Positions 1 to 9,408 of a stretch of DNA of 64,000 nt are shown one piece after another (position 1 is the first letter of the stretch; each line of letters begins with the position of its first letter). The translations under genes were made by a program, and so were the position numbers. The notes below the pieces were generated by a model. That model ran no database searches and had not been told where the DNA came from. It worked only from the letters and a program-made list of their open reading frames with translations. Origin of the DNA: an uncultured Candidatus Rokubacteria bacterium (GTDB taxonomy: Bacteria; Methylomirabilota; Methylomirabilia; Rokubacteriales; CSP1-6); the NCBI GenBank assembly GCA_963789955.1, contig CAWBMV010000034.1, positions 160,001 through 224,000 of the forward strand, read 5' to 3'.

Positions 1-2
1 GC

Positions 3-365
3 TCGCTGATCACGGCCGGAGAGCACAAGGGCTACGGCCTGTCGCTCGCGGTCGAGATCCTCGGCGGCATCCTCTCGGGCACCGGCCCGGCGCGGCCGGA
101 CAAGGGCCCGGTGAGCAACGGCGTCCTGATGATGTGCATCGATCCCGGGCGCTTCCTGCCGCCGGGCGACTTCCACGCTCAGGTCGCCACGCTCTTCGGC
201 TTCGTGCGGTCGGCGCCGCTGGCCAGCGGGTCGGAGGAGATCCTGATCCCGGGCGAGCCCGAGGCGCGCATCTCGCGTGAGCGCCGCGCCGGCGGCGTGC
301 CGATCGACGACGAGACGTGGCGGCAGATCACGGCATGCGCCGCCGAGGTCGGTGTCGATGCTTGA
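3..365 (+). CDS. Ldh_2 family (malate/L-lactate/ureidoglycolate-type) oxidoreductase, C-terminal part (runs off left edge)
   Basis: The frame of ORF 111..365 is open back to base 3 and reads ..GEHKGYGLSLAVEILGGILSG..IDP..PGEPE, typical Ldh_2 C-terminal motifs. Confidence 0.85.
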   Translation, partial: SLITAGEHKGYGLSLAVEILGGILSGTGPARPDKGPVSNGVLMMCIDPGRFLPPGDFHAQVATLFGFVRSAPLASGSEEILIPGEPEARISRERRAGGVPIDDETWRQITACAAEVGVDA

Positions 366-582
366 GGTCGTCACGATGAAGGAGATCGATGCGATCTTCA
401 CGGTGACCGACGCGCTCGGCATCCACCGCGAGCAGCTCGTGATCCCGCTCGGTCCCGCCGCGCCCGGGCGCGTCCGCCGTTTGCCCAGCGGCAAGCTCGA
501 GATCACGGTCGAGGCCGCGCGCCCGATCGACGAATGGCTCACGGAGCTTCCGCGGCTGATCGCCGCCGCCCAGGGGAAGTGA
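358..582 (+). CDS. Hypothetical protein (74 aa, MLEVVTMKEIDAIF...)
   Basis: ATG at 358 overlaps the upstream gene end. Normal protein composition; sits in operon order. Confidence 0.65.
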   Translation: MLEVVTMKEIDAIFTVTDALGIHREQLVIPLGPAAPGRVRRLPSGKLEITVEAARPIDEWLTELPRLIAAAQGK

Positions 583-583
583 G

Positions 584-1897
584 CTGACGGCAGGACTCAG
601 GCGCGGGCTCGGACTCGTCCCGCTCGCCGCGATCGTCTTCTTCAACGTGAGCGGCGGACCCTACGGGATCGAGGACACGGTCCCCGCGCTCGGCCCGGGG
701 ATGACGCTCGTGCTGCTGATCCTCACGCCGCTCCTCTGGAGCGCGCCCGTCGCGCTGGTGATGGCCGAGCTCGCGTCGGCCATGCCGGACGAGGGCGGCT
801 ATGTCACGTGGACGCGCCGGGCGTTCGGTCCGTACTGGGCGTTCCAGGTCGGCTGGTGGAGCTGGATCGATAGCTTCGTCGACGTCGCGGTATACCCGGC
901 GCTCTTCGTCGAGTACCTGCGCTTCTGGGTCCCCGAGATGGCGCCGCTCGAGCGCTGGCTCCTGGTCGTCGCCTTCATCGTCGTGCTGACCGGGCTCAAT
1001 CTTCTCGGCGTCCGACCGACCGGCCACGCGGCCGTCCTGCTGGCGGTCGTGGCGCTCCTGCCGGTCGCCGCGCTGACGGTGGCCGCGCTGCTCGGGCCGC
1101 GGATATCGCCGTGGACGCCGCTGGCGCCGACCGGCCAGGGACTGGAGACTCTCGGGCTCGGACTCGCCGTGGTGATGTGGAACTACTCCGGATGGGACAC
1201 GCCGTCGACGATTCTCGGCGAGGCCCGCTCGCCTGAGCGCACGTTTCGCTCGGCGACGTTTCTCGCGCTGCCGGTGCTGACCGCCGCGTACGTCCTGCCC
1301 GTGGGCGCCGCCCTCGCCAGCGGCGCGCTCGAGTGGGGTCAGTGGACGACCGGCGTCCTGCCGGTGATCGCGCAATCGGTTGGGGGCGCGTGGCTCGGCC
1401 ACGCGGTGGCGGCCGGCGCCGTGCTCAGCACTGCCGGGCTCTTCTTGTCGCTGCTGCTCACGAACTCACGGCTGCCGTACGTGCTGGCGCGTGACCACGT
1501 GATGCCCGCGTGGCTCGGCGCCGTCGACCCGCGCTTCGGCACGCCGTGGACCGCGGTCCTCGTCTCGGCGGCCCTGTACGCCGCCTTCGCGGTGTTCTCG
1601 TTCAAGGAGCTGATCGTCCTGAACGTCTGGCTCTACTCGCTGAGCCTGCTGGTCGAGCTCGCGGCGTTCGTCCGGCTGCGCGTGACGGCGCCGGACATGC
1701 CGCGGCCGTGGCGGGTTCCCGGCGGACCGCTCGTCGCGGTGGGCGTGGTCGCCTTCCCTGTCCTGTTCTGTCTCGGCGCGATGGCGACGGCGGGCTGGAT
1801 GAACACGATCGCCGGCGGCGCGGCGGCGATCACGGGTCCGCTCGCCTACCGTTTGCTCGGCCGGCGCGCGGTGCTGGTCGGAGAGGGCCGGGCGTGA
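584..1897 (+). CDS. APC family amino acid/polyamine permease
   Basis: About 12 hydrophobic segments with motifs GGPYGIED, AELASAMP.EGGY..W, WNYSGWD. The frame extends upstream of 647 (LTAGLRRGLGLVPLAAIVFFNVSGG), so the start is probably near 584 (CTG). Confidence 0.9.
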   Translation: MTAGLRRGLGLVPLAAIVFFNVSGGPYGIEDTVPALGPGMTLVLLILTPLLWSAPVALVMAELASAMPDEGGYVTWTRRAFGPYWAFQVGWWSWIDSFVDVAVYPALFVEYLRFWVPEMAPLERWLLVVAFIVVLTGLNLLGVRPTGHAAVLLAVVALLPVAALTVAALLGPRISPWTPLAPTGQGLETLGLGLAVVMWNYSGWDTPSTILGEARSPERTFRSATFLALPVLTAAYVLPVGAALASGALEWGQWTTGVLPVIAQSVGGAWLGHAVAAGAVLSTAGLFLSLLLTNSRLPYVLARDHVMPAWLGAVDPRFGTPWTAVLVSAALYAAFAVFSFKELIVLNVWLYSLSLLVELAAFVRLRVTAPDMPRPWRVPGGPLVAVGVVAFPVLFCLGAMATAGWMNTIAGGAAAITGPLAYRLLGRRAVLVGEGRA

Positions 1898-2282
1898 AAG
1901 GACTGGTCAAGAGCGTGTGTAACCGGCTCGTGCGCGCCGACGTCGCGCTGATCCCGGACGACGCGCGAGTCTATTTCCGCGACGTCTACGACCACGCGAT
2001 CCGGATCAACGAGATGATCGACACCCTGCGAGAGCTGCTTGACGACGGCCCTCGAGGCGAACCTCTCGCTCATCTCGGTCTCGCAGAACGAGGCGATGAA
2101 GCGCCTCGCGGCGTGGGCGGCGATCATCGCGGTGCCGACCATGATCGCGGGAGTCTACGGCATGAACTTCAAGTTCATGCCCGAGCTCGAGTGGCTCGTG
2201 GGGATATCCGGTGACGATGATCGTCATGGTCGGGGCTTGCGGGTTCCTCTACTACCGCTTCAAGCGCGCCGGCTGGCTCTGA
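1894..2282 (+). pseudogene. corA: CorA-family Mg/Co transporter, C-terminal third only, with two frameshifts
   Basis: YFRDVYDH..RINE..DTLRELL / TTALEANLS..QNEAMKRL..IAGVYGMNF..MPEL / WGYP..YRFKRAGWL*. The GMN signature is present; most of the N-terminal cytoplasmic domain is absent. Confidence 0.75.
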
Positions 2283-2631
2283 CCGGGGAACGCCCGAGGT
2301 TCTCCTCGATGACCGCGGCCAGGCAGTCGAGAGAGCCGAGCGAGTAGACGTAGGTCTTCCAGTCGACGGCGACGTGATCCTCGCGCGCGCCGGGCGGTCC
2401 CAGCGGAAAGATCTCGACCGAGACGTTGGGACCCGTTCCCGAGCAGCCGCCGGCGCAGCCTTCGCGCAGTCGCACGCGCTCACCCAGGCCGCGCTCGGCC
2501 ACGAGCTCCGCGAGGTGTTGGAGGATCGCCTCCGCGTTCAGGCGGACGGCGCGGCCGCCGCGCGTGATCGGGAGCACCACGACGCCGCGCTCGCGCGGGC
2601 AGACCGTGATCACGATCCTGCGCGGTGTCAT
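2260..2631 (-). CDS. Thioredoxin-like (2Fe-2S) ferredoxin-domain protein
   Basis: C-terminal 123 aa of ORF 2260..3894: MTPRRIVITVC...EGCAGGCSGTGPNV. The ATG overlaps the stop of the upstream kinase (ATGA). Confidence 0.6.
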   Translation of the reverse strand: MTPRRIVITVCPRERGVVVLPITRGGRAVRLNAEAILQHLAELVAERGLGERVRLREGCAGGCSGTGPNVSVEIFPLGPPGAREDHVAVDWKTYVYSLGSLDCLAAVIEENLGRSPVRASRRA

Positions 2632-3485
2632 GAGCGCGCCAGCGCCGCGGCCAGCCGCGCGGCCGCGACGACGGGCTCTTCCGCCGGGCGATGCCATCGT
2701 GCCCTGAGCCCGGCGCGGGCGACCGCGCGAATCAACCCGGCGCGATACCATCGGTCGGCGAGCACGCTGCCCGCCCAGCTCGCGTTCACCGTGCCGCCGA
2801 GCTGCAGCGCCCGCGCGACCTCGAGCGCGCCCGCCGCGAGCTGCCGCTGGCCCTCGGCCGCGATTCGGCGGGCGCGCCGATCTCCACGACGCGCGCGCGC
2901 GAGCACGTCCGGCGCGAGCGCGGCGATCGTCTTCACCGGATCGCGGCCGTGGGAGGCGCGAAGCGCGGGCAGCAGGTTTCCGTTCCGGACCGTCGCGCGA
3001 AGCCACTCGCGGCCGAGCCAGAATCCGGAGCCTTCGTCGCCGAGCGCCGGTCCGAGACCGCCGGCGCGCGCCCAGCGGCCGCGCGCGTTTCGACCGACGA
3101 CGATCGATCCGGTGCCCGAGAGCAGGAGCACGCCGGGCTTCCGTCCGAGCGCGCCGAGCAGAGCGGCCTGAGCGTCGGAGATCACGAGCACTCGCGCCGC
3201 GAGCCCGCGAAGCGCGCGCGCGAGGGTTCGGCGCTCGGCGGGAGTCCAGAGGCCGCGCGACGCGACCACGAGCGCGGCGACACGCCGCCGACTCCATCGA
3301 CGGCGACGCCAGATCGCGCGCAAGACGGACGCGAGCTGCTGGAGATCGCGATCGGTGGGAACGACGGAGGTCGTGACGCGATGTGCGTTCCAAACCGCGA
3401 CGCGGATCCACGTTCCGCCGACGTCCGCGCCCACGCACACGGCCCTTCGTTTGGACGCGTGTCTTTCCGCGGAGGAGGTTGCCAC
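2628..3485 (-). CDS. BadF/BadG/BcrA/BcrD family sugar kinase (MurK-like GlcNAc/MurNAc kinase)
   Basis: GADVGGT, ISDAQAAL, LSGTGS, GGLGPALGDEGSGFWLG motifs; context with murQ/nagZ/namZ. Start placed at GTG 3485, 7 nt after a CATAAT hexamer. Confidence 0.85.
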   Translation of the reverse strand: MATSSAERHASKRRAVCVGADVGGTWIRVAVWNAHRVTTSVVPTDRDLQQLASVLRAIWRRRRWSRRRVAALVVASRGLWTPAERRTLARALRGLAARVLVISDAQAALLGALGRKPGVLLLSGTGSIVVGRNARGRWARAGGLGPALGDEGSGFWLGREWLRATVRNGNLLPALRASHGRDPVKTIAALAPDVLARARRGDRRARRIAAEGQRQLAAGALEVARALQLGGTVNASWAGSVLADRWYRAGLIRAVARAGLRARWHRPAEEPVVAAARLAAALARS

Positions 3486-3557
3486 TCTGTCCATTATGAG
3501 GCCGATCAAATGATCCGGAGGCCTCTGAAATAACAGGCTTTCCGCTTATTCCGGCAC

Positions 3558-3573
3558 TGGCATACCGGATGCT
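3558..3573 (+). promoter_or_regulatory. Sigma54 -24/-12 promoter element upstream of mlaC
   Basis: TGGCATACCGGATGCT = GG-N10-GC, 25 nt before the ATG; an AT-richer tract lies upstream. Confidence 0.6.
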
Positions 3574-3598
3574 CCCATACCGGCCCGGAGGATTAGCC

Positions 3599-4231
3599 AT
3601 GGGTAAGGCACTCGCCGCCTGGATCATGATGGCCGGAGCCGTCGCGGCCCCCGCGATGGGTCCACGGGAAACCGTGGAGACGGCCGTCATCCGGGTGATC
3701 AATCTCACGCAGGATATCGAGCCTGCTGCGAAGTCGGAGTCGGCGGTACCCAGGCAGTCGGCGGACAAACGGACCGAGATCCGGAGGATCGCGCGTGACC
3801 TCTTCGACTTCGAAGAGGTGACCCGGCGTACGCTCTCCCGCCACTGGGCGGCGCGCACGCAGGACGAGCGGAACGAGTTCGTGGCGCTCTTCACCGAGAT
3901 GCTCGAGCGCGCCTATATCAACCGGGTCGAGGCCTACGCCGGCGAGAACATCACGTATATCGGCGAGGCCATCGATGCGAGCTACGCCACCGTGCGGTCG
4001 AAGATCATCACGGACCGCCGCAGCGAGCTCACGCTCGACTACCGGCTCCATCTCCGGGACGGTCGGTGGCGGGTCTACGATCTGCAGATCGACGGGGTGA
4101 GCTTCGTCTCGACCTACCGTAGCCAGTTCGATCGGATCATCCAGGCCGAATCGTACTCGGCCCTCCTCGAGCGCATGCGCAAGAAGAGCTTCGAAGCCAA
4201 CGTGGCCGAGCGCGCGGGCAAGAAGCTCTAG
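3599..4231 (+). CDS. mlaC: MlaC/Ttg2D family phospholipid-binding periplasmic protein
   Basis: GGAGG RBS and signal peptide, then FDF....R..L..HW, W.VYD..IDGVS..STYRSQF. Confidence 0.88.
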   Translation: MGKALAAWIMMAGAVAAPAMGPRETVETAVIRVINLTQDIEPAAKSESAVPRQSADKRTEIRRIARDLFDFEEVTRRTLSRHWAARTQDERNEFVALFTEMLERAYINRVEAYAGENITYIGEAIDASYATVRSKIITDRRSELTLDYRLHLRDGRWRVYDLQIDGVSFVSTYRSQFDRIIQAESYSALLERMRKKSFEANVAERAGKKL

Positions 4232-4258
4232 GAAACGGGCGCCGTCGGCGCCGTCCGC

Positions 4259-4297
4259 AACGGGGGCGGGTCCTCAGGACTCGCCCCCGTTCTTTTT
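4259..4297 (+). terminator. Rho-independent terminator between convergent mlaC and DUF429 genes
   Basis: 15-bp stem AACGGGGGCGGGTCC / TCA / GGACTCGCCCCCGTT (one G-U pair) followed by CTTTTT. Confidence 0.8.
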
Positions 4298-5196
4298 CAG
4301 GGCCGCTCGCTCGGGAGCCCCAGGATCCAGCCTTCCACGGCCCGCGCCGCTTCCGGCGGCTCCGGCATTCGGTCGTCGAGGAGAAGCTTCGCCAGCCCGA
4401 TGCAGGCGATCGTGGCATCGAACGGATCCTCGCCGGCCCTGGACACGCCGAAGCCGCCACGCAGGAGCGCCCGGACCGCGTCGAGATCGAGCCGAGCGTC
4501 GCCGCTCACGCGGCCGAGGAGCGCGCGGCCGCAGGCAGCGCGCGCCGCGGGATCGGACTTGCGCGCGACGGTGACCCCGAGCGTCCGGAGAAGGAACGCC
4601 GGGTACATCTCCGCGAGGATCGGCCGGTCGGCAGCGAGGAGCTCTTTCAGCGGCCCGTCGAACGGCCACAGGGCGACGCGATCGAGTCGCGGCGTGATGA
4701 GCTCGCGCCAGATGCACACCGCCGATCGCCCGACCTGGCGCGGGCCGACGAGCCAGAAGATCGGTCCCGCGCCCGCGAGCCGGTCGCAGGCGCGCGGTGC
4801 GAACGCCGCGTCGCCGAGGATCTGGCGGAGATGGTCGCGCGACGTTCCTTTCACGCCCCGCGCCGGGTAGAAGGGCCGTTCGGTCGTGATGTCCGCGGCG
4901 CATTCGGCGAGCTCGTAGAAGCGCCCGAATCGGCCGTTACCGAACTGTCCCAGGGCCGCCCGGAAGGAACCGAGGTCCGCCCTCGCCGCGTACTCGCGTG
5001 ACACGCCGATCGGGCAGTCGAACGCGGCGAGCGCTCCAGGGCGAAGCTCGAGAGCTCCGATGTCTTCCACGGGACGCGGGGCCGAGAGGACGTACCGGCC
5101 GTCGCTGAGGACCGCCCGGCACATCTGCCGCTTGGCTGGTGTGGAGCCCCAGTCGAACGCGAGGATTTCGGCGGGCAGTCGGCGGAGCCGACTCAC
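4297..5196 (-). CDS. DUF429 domain (RNase H-like fold) protein
   Basis: AFDWG..., FDCPIG, FWLVG..QVG, AEMYPA, EDPFDA, EGWILG. The GTG start overlaps the nagZ stop. Confidence 0.7.
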   Translation of the reverse strand: MSRLRRLPAEILAFDWGSTPAKRQMCRAVLSDGRYVLSAPRPVEDIGALELRPGALAAFDCPIGVSREYAARADLGSFRAALGQFGNGRFGRFYELAECAADITTERPFYPARGVKGTSRDHLRQILGDAAFAPRACDRLAGAGPIFWLVGPRQVGRSAVCIWRELITPRLDRVALWPFDGPLKELLAADRPILAEMYPAFLLRTLGVTVARKSDPAARAACGRALLGRVSGDARLDLDAVRALLRGGFGVSRAGEDPFDATIACIGLAKLLLDDRMPEPPEAARAVEGWILGLPSERP

Positions 5197-6710
5197 CCCT
5201 GGACGAGGCGCGCGATGACCGCGTCGAGCTGGCACTTCCTGAATCCGTACGCGGTGACGCCGAGGACTCCGGGCGCGAGCATGTCGGCATCGTACGGATC
5301 GCGCATCAGCACGACCGCGAGCGCGCGCGACCGCGACTGAAGCTCCTTGAGCAGCTTCGCGTTCGACGCGTAGAGATGCGCGTCGAACAGGAAGAGCACG
5401 ACCGCGTCGGAGGCATCGGCGAGCGCGCCCGCGGCGGCGATCTCCGCGTCGGTCGGCTCGATCGCGACGAGCCGCGTCTCGGGCGTGATGCCGGCGGTCC
5501 CGAACGCGCCCGCGACGTAAGCCTTCTCGGCGGCGATCTCGGGCTCGATCGTGATTCTCGGCGCCAGATCCGAGAAGCGCGGGAAGACGACCCCGACACG
5601 CCCGTTCAGCGCGCGTCGCAGCTCGGGCCGTCCGGCCGAGACCACCGTGACCGCGCGCGCCGCGATCGCCCGGGCGAGCGGCAGAGCGTCGGGCTCGGCC
5701 GCGGGCGGCCCGCCGTCGAAGCGGGCGGTGCGGCGGGCGCGCATGCGTCGTATGCGCTCCACCGATGCCTCGAGATCCCGCATGGGCTGCGCTCCCGAAC
5801 GATAGGCCTCCAGGAGCGCCTTGGCGGCCGCGCGCTGCGCCGGCTCGGTGTGGCAGACGAGCAGGAGGTCGTGGCCGGCCGCCGCCGTGCGGGTGGTCGC
5901 CTCACCGATCGGGCACGTCTCGCCGATCGCCCCCATCTCCAGGTCGTCCGAGATGATCACGCCTGAGAATCCGGCTTCCTGGCGCAGGTAGTCGTGCACG
6001 ATGCGCCGCGAGAAGGTCGCCGGCACGCGCGAGGCATCGAGATTCGGATAGACGGGATGGCTCGTCATCAAGCTGTCGATGCCGTCCGCGATCGCGGCGT
6101 GGAAGGGCGGCAGATGCGTCGCCTTCATCTCCGCCCAGGTCGACTCGATCGTGGGCAGACGCAGATGGGCGTCGAGAGGAGAGTGGCCCTTGCCGGGAAA
6201 ATGCTTGGCGCACGCCGAGACGCCGCCCTTCTGCATGCCCTTGATCCGTGCGAGTCCGTAGCGCGCGACCAGGCCCGGGTCCTTGCCGTACGACCGGATC
6301 CCGATATTCGGGCTGTAGCGGTCGGTGAGCACGTCGAGCACGGGCCCGAAATTGAGATCCACGCCCAGCCGGCGCAGCTCGCGCGCTTCGAATACGCCCT
6401 GACGATACGGGAACGCTTCGTCGCCCGCCGTCCCCACCGCGAGGTTGTCGGGGAAGATCGTCGTCCCCTGTCCGAGCATGACGATGCGGCCGCCCTCGTG
6501 GTCGGTCGCGACGAGCAAGCGGCGATCGAGCGCCGACTCGAGATCTTTCAGGAGCTGCGTGTGCTGCTCCGGTGATTCGAAGTTTCGGCGGTACAGGATG
6601 AGCCCGCCGGCGCGCGTCTCGCGGAAGAGCTTGATGTCGGTGTCGGTCAGCTTGGGGCCGGCGAGACCGAAGACCAGCCGCTCGCCGACGAGGCTCTCGA
6701 GGTCGGTCAC
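5193..6710 (-). CDS. nagZ: Beta-N-acetylhexosaminidase, GH3 (two-domain)
   Basis: DHEGG, NFGPVLDV, IGIRSYG, KHFPGKGHSPLDAH, ISDDLEMGAI. Start at GTG 6710. Confidence 0.92.
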   Translation of the reverse strand: MTDLESLVGERLVFGLAGPKLTDTDIKLFRETRAGGLILYRRNFESPEQHTQLLKDLESALDRRLLVATDHEGGRIVMLGQGTTIFPDNLAVGTAGDEAFPYRQGVFEARELRRLGVDLNFGPVLDVLTDRYSPNIGIRSYGKDPGLVARYGLARIKGMQKGGVSACAKHFPGKGHSPLDAHLRLPTIESTWAEMKATHLPPFHAAIADGIDSLMTSHPVYPNLDASRVPATFSRRIVHDYLRQEAGFSGVIISDDLEMGAIGETCPIGEATTRTAAAGHDLLLVCHTEPAQRAAAKALLEAYRSGAQPMRDLEASVERIRRMRARRTARFDGGPPAAEPDALPLARAIAARAVTVVSAGRPELRRALNGRVGVVFPRFSDLAPRITIEPEIAAEKAYVAGAFGTAGITPETRLVAIEPTDAEIAAAGALADASDAVVLFLFDAHLYASNAKLLKELQSRSRALAVVLMRDPYDADMLAPGVLGVTAYGFRKCQLDAVIARLVQG

Positions 6711-6716
6711 AGAACA

Positions 6717-6722
6717 ATTATA
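6717..6722 (-). promoter_or_regulatory. Sigma70 -10 hexamer TATAAT, 6 nt upstream of the nagZ GTG (leaderless)
   Basis: Minus strand reads TATAAT-TGTTCT-GTG with no Shine-Dalgarno. Confidence 0.6.
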
Positions 6723-6859
6723 GGCTGCCGACCGCTCGACACCCTCGACCTGCGATACACGCCTAACTGTCAGACGACTGACACCGCCGAGGTGCCAGCC
6801 ACGGCCGAGCTCAAACAAAAAAGCCAGAAAAATCCTGAGGATTTCTTTCTGGGGTCAGC

Positions 6860-6875
6860 TGGCATGGCTGCTGCA
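6860..6875 (+). promoter_or_regulatory. Sigma54 -24/-12 promoter element
   Basis: TGGCATGGCTGCTGCA = GG-N10-GC, preceded by an A-rich tract and the inverted repeat AAATCCT-G-AGGATTT (6830-6844). Confidence 0.6.
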
Positions 6876-6895
6876 GTTCTCTGTACCGGCAGATT

Positions 6896-7381
6896 ATGCG
6901 AAGGCACAGACTGATCCCGGGTCTCGTGGTCGTGAGCGTTCTCACAATCGCGACGGCCGCGGGCGCACAGGTCCAGACGAAGCCCAAGGCGCCTGGGGCG
7001 CCCACGACCGCACGCGCCTACGACAAGCTCTCGCTCGGGAATCAGAAGGTCGCCTCCGCGCTCTACCAGGCTCAGAGCTCGGTCGTCGCCGCGATCGCGG
7101 CCAACGGGTCGACCCCCGCGTCCAGACCGCTCACCCTGGAGGAGATCGCGGCCAGGCGGCGCGGAGGCCAGGCGTGGGGCCAGATCTTTCGCGACATGAA
7201 GGCGCAGGGGCTCGTGACCGAAAGGACCCTCGGCCGGGTGGTTGCCAACTATCTCCAAGCGGCTGACGCGCCGCCGGCCATGGTCGCCAGCGACAGCAGC
7301 GGCAAATTCGGCGCTCTCGAGATCGGACCGACCGGCCTCACGGGTGGAGCGGCTCACGGTGTCGTCAAGGGAGGGAAGTGA
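6896..7381 (+). CDS. Hypothetical exported protein
   Basis: N-terminal signal peptide (MRRHRLIPGLVVVSVLTIATAAGAQ); GGQAWGQI motif. Confidence 0.7.
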   Translation: MRRHRLIPGLVVVSVLTIATAAGAQVQTKPKAPGAPTTARAYDKLSLGNQKVASALYQAQSSVVAAIAANGSTPASRPLTLEEIAARRRGGQAWGQIFRDMKAQGLVTERTLGRVVANYLQAADAPPAMVASDSSGKFGALEIGPTGLTGGAAHGVVKGGK

Positions 7382-7909
7382 TGGACAAGTGGAATCCATG
7401 GAAGGTGACGGCGCTCGCGATGGCTCTCGTCATGGCGACCGCGCTGGTCACCGGCCTCGTCGTCGCCAACTGGTCGGGCTCGAGCCAGGACGTGGCGCAG
7501 CCGGCTTCAGCGCCGCCGAGCACTCGCCTGGTCCAGCAGCCGAGACCGACCAGCGCGAGGCCCGCATCTTCCCAGACCGTTCAAGCGATTCCGTCAGCGC
7601 CCGCGATTCCGACGAAAGAAGTCGTCGACGCCTGTAACCGGTACGCCGCGGCGCAGGTCGGCGAGTCGGACAAGACCACGGAAGTCGTCAAGGACGCCGC
7701 GATTGGAACCGTTGTCGGCGCGGCCGTGGGCGCTGCGGGCGGCGCGGTCGCTGGTGGCGGCAAGGGCGCCGGCAAGGGTGCGGCGATCGGCGGAGTCGTG
7801 GGCGCCGGCGGCGGCACACTCTACGGGCTCAACGAGAACAAGCGGAACGACGAGAAGTACCGCGGCCGCGTATTCGAGCTGCTTGCAGTCGCGCGGCTAC
7901 ACGGGGTAA
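7381..7909 (+). CDS. Glycine-zipper (YMGG-like) membrane-anchored protein, one frameshift near 7860
   Basis: TM anchor, GAAVGAAGGAVAGGGKGAGKGAAIGG zipper. The correct C-terminus AAYSSCLQSRGYTG* lies in the alternative frame and pairs with the upstream Cys (DACNRYA). Confidence 0.75.
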
Positions 7910-7962
7910 CGCGTCGACCCTCGTCCGAGGCCGTGAGTACACTGGGCGGGAAGGAGGGTGTG

Positions 7963-8214
7963 ATGAAGCTTCTGGTGTCAATTCTGGCTGCTGCGGTGAT
8001 GGCGGGCTCGGTCCTGCCGGCCCGCGCGGCTGACGATACGAAGGTCAAGGCGGCGACCGAGCAGGTTCAATCCGGCGCGCGCAAGATCGGCGACGGAAAG
8101 ATCGGCCCGGGCTTCGAGGAAACCGCCAAGGGCGTGGGCAATACGATCGTGGAGGGCGCCAAGTACAGCGGCCACACGATCAAGGACTTCTTCTCGAGGG
8201 TCTTCGGAGCTTAG
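7963..8214 (+). CDS. Small exported protein (83 aa)
   Basis: AAGGAGG RBS; signal peptide MKLLVSILAAAVMAGSVLPARA. Fused to the upstream gene in the ORF track only because of the frameshift. Confidence 0.75.
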   Translation: MKLLVSILAAAVMAGSVLPARAADDTKVKAATEQVQSGARKIGDGKIGPGFEETAKGVGNTIVEGAKYSGHTIKDFFSRVFGA

Positions 8215-9380
8215 TAGAGCAGGTACCGAGTACGCAGCCGCTTCCAGCGCTCGAGATCGCGCTGCCAGGCGCGCTCGATCGCCGGAAGCGGCGTTCCCCT
8301 CTCGATCGCTCTCCGGATCACGTCGGTCCCGCACAGGATGTCGATCGGCATGCGCCGCTTCTCGAACTCGTAGGGCGGCCGGCGCCACGCGAATCCGCGC
8401 GGCGCCAGACGACGCGCCACGGCGATCTCGGCCAGCCCGGTGAGGAACGGCTTGAATCGGGCAGCGTCCGTCACGTGGATCTGCACGCCGTCGCAGAGCC
8501 GGCCAGCCCACTTGTGAAACGTCGGCTGGAAGCGCGCGGGCCGGAAGCGCACGCCGGGGAGCCGCTCGCGCTCGAGCGCGGCCGCGTACCGGTGCGCATC
8601 CAGGTACGGCGCGCCGATCCACTCGAACGGCCGCGTCGTCCCGCGACCCTCCGACAAGTTGGTTCCTTCGATGAGACAGCCGCCGGGATACACGCGCGCG
8701 GTGTCGAGCGTCGGCATGTTGGGCGAGGGCGGCACCCACGGGAGCCCCGTGTCTTCCCACAGCATGCGGCGCCGCCACCCACGCATCGGGACGACGGTGA
8801 GCCGGCAGCCGATACCGTGCCGCTCGTTGAGGTAGCGCGCGATCTCTCCGATCGTCAGGCCGTGACGGATGGCCAGCGGGTAGAGTCCGACAAATGAGGC
8901 GAAGGTCGGATCCGCCACGTTGCCCTCGACGATCGCGCCGCCGAGCGGATTGGGCCGGTCGAGCACGACGACGTGGACGCCGCTTCGCGCGCACGCGCGC
9001 ATGACGAGCGCCATGGTCCAGATGAACGTGTAGTAGCGGGAGCCGACATCCTGAAGATCGACGACGACCGTGTCGATGCCGCGCAGCATCGCGTCGGTCG
9101 GCTCGCGGCGCGCGCCGTAGAGGCTCCACACGGGGAGACGCGTCACCGGATCCCGGGTGCCGTCGATCCAGATGTGGTCCTGGGGCGCGCCCCACAATCC
9201 GTGCTCCGGGGCCAGGAGCGTGCGCACCTTGACCCCGCGGAGCTCGCGCAGGAGCTCGACCGCGTGCTCGTAGCGGGAATCGATCGACGCCTGATGCGCG
9301 ACCACGGCGACGCGCTGCCCCCGCAGGAGGCCTCGCCGCCGGCGGACGAGCACCTCGAGGCCGGATTCGACGGGCGGCAC
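8211..9380 (-). CDS. namZ: Exo-beta-N-acetylmuramidase (DUF1343/NamZ family)
   Basis: PEHG, DLQDVGSRYYTFI, VLDRPNPLGG, HGLTIGE, PSPNMP, EGTNLSEGRGTTRPFE. Confidence 0.92.
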   Translation of the reverse strand: MPPVESGLEVLVRRRRGLLRGQRVAVVAHQASIDSRYEHAVELLRELRGVKVRTLLAPEHGLWGAPQDHIWIDGTRDPVTRLPVWSLYGARREPTDAMLRGIDTVVVDLQDVGSRYYTFIWTMALVMRACARSGVHVVVLDRPNPLGGAIVEGNVADPTFASFVGLYPLAIRHGLTIGEIARYLNERHGIGCRLTVVPMRGWRRRMLWEDTGLPWVPPSPNMPTLDTARVYPGGCLIEGTNLSEGRGTTRPFEWIGAPYLDAHRYAAALERERLPGVRFRPARFQPTFHKWAGRLCDGVQIHVTDAARFKPFLTGLAEIAVARRLAPRGFAWRRPPYEFEKRRMPIDILCGTDVIRRAIERGTPLPAIERAWQRDLERWKRLRTRYLLY

Positions 9381-9408
9381 GCTTCGATAGTAGTAGCATG
9401 CGGGCGGA

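Noticed and set aside
7378..8214. Single 278-aa glycine-zipper fusion protein
   Set aside because: A frameshift near 7860 explains it. The internal RBS and signal peptide at 7963 mark a separate gene.
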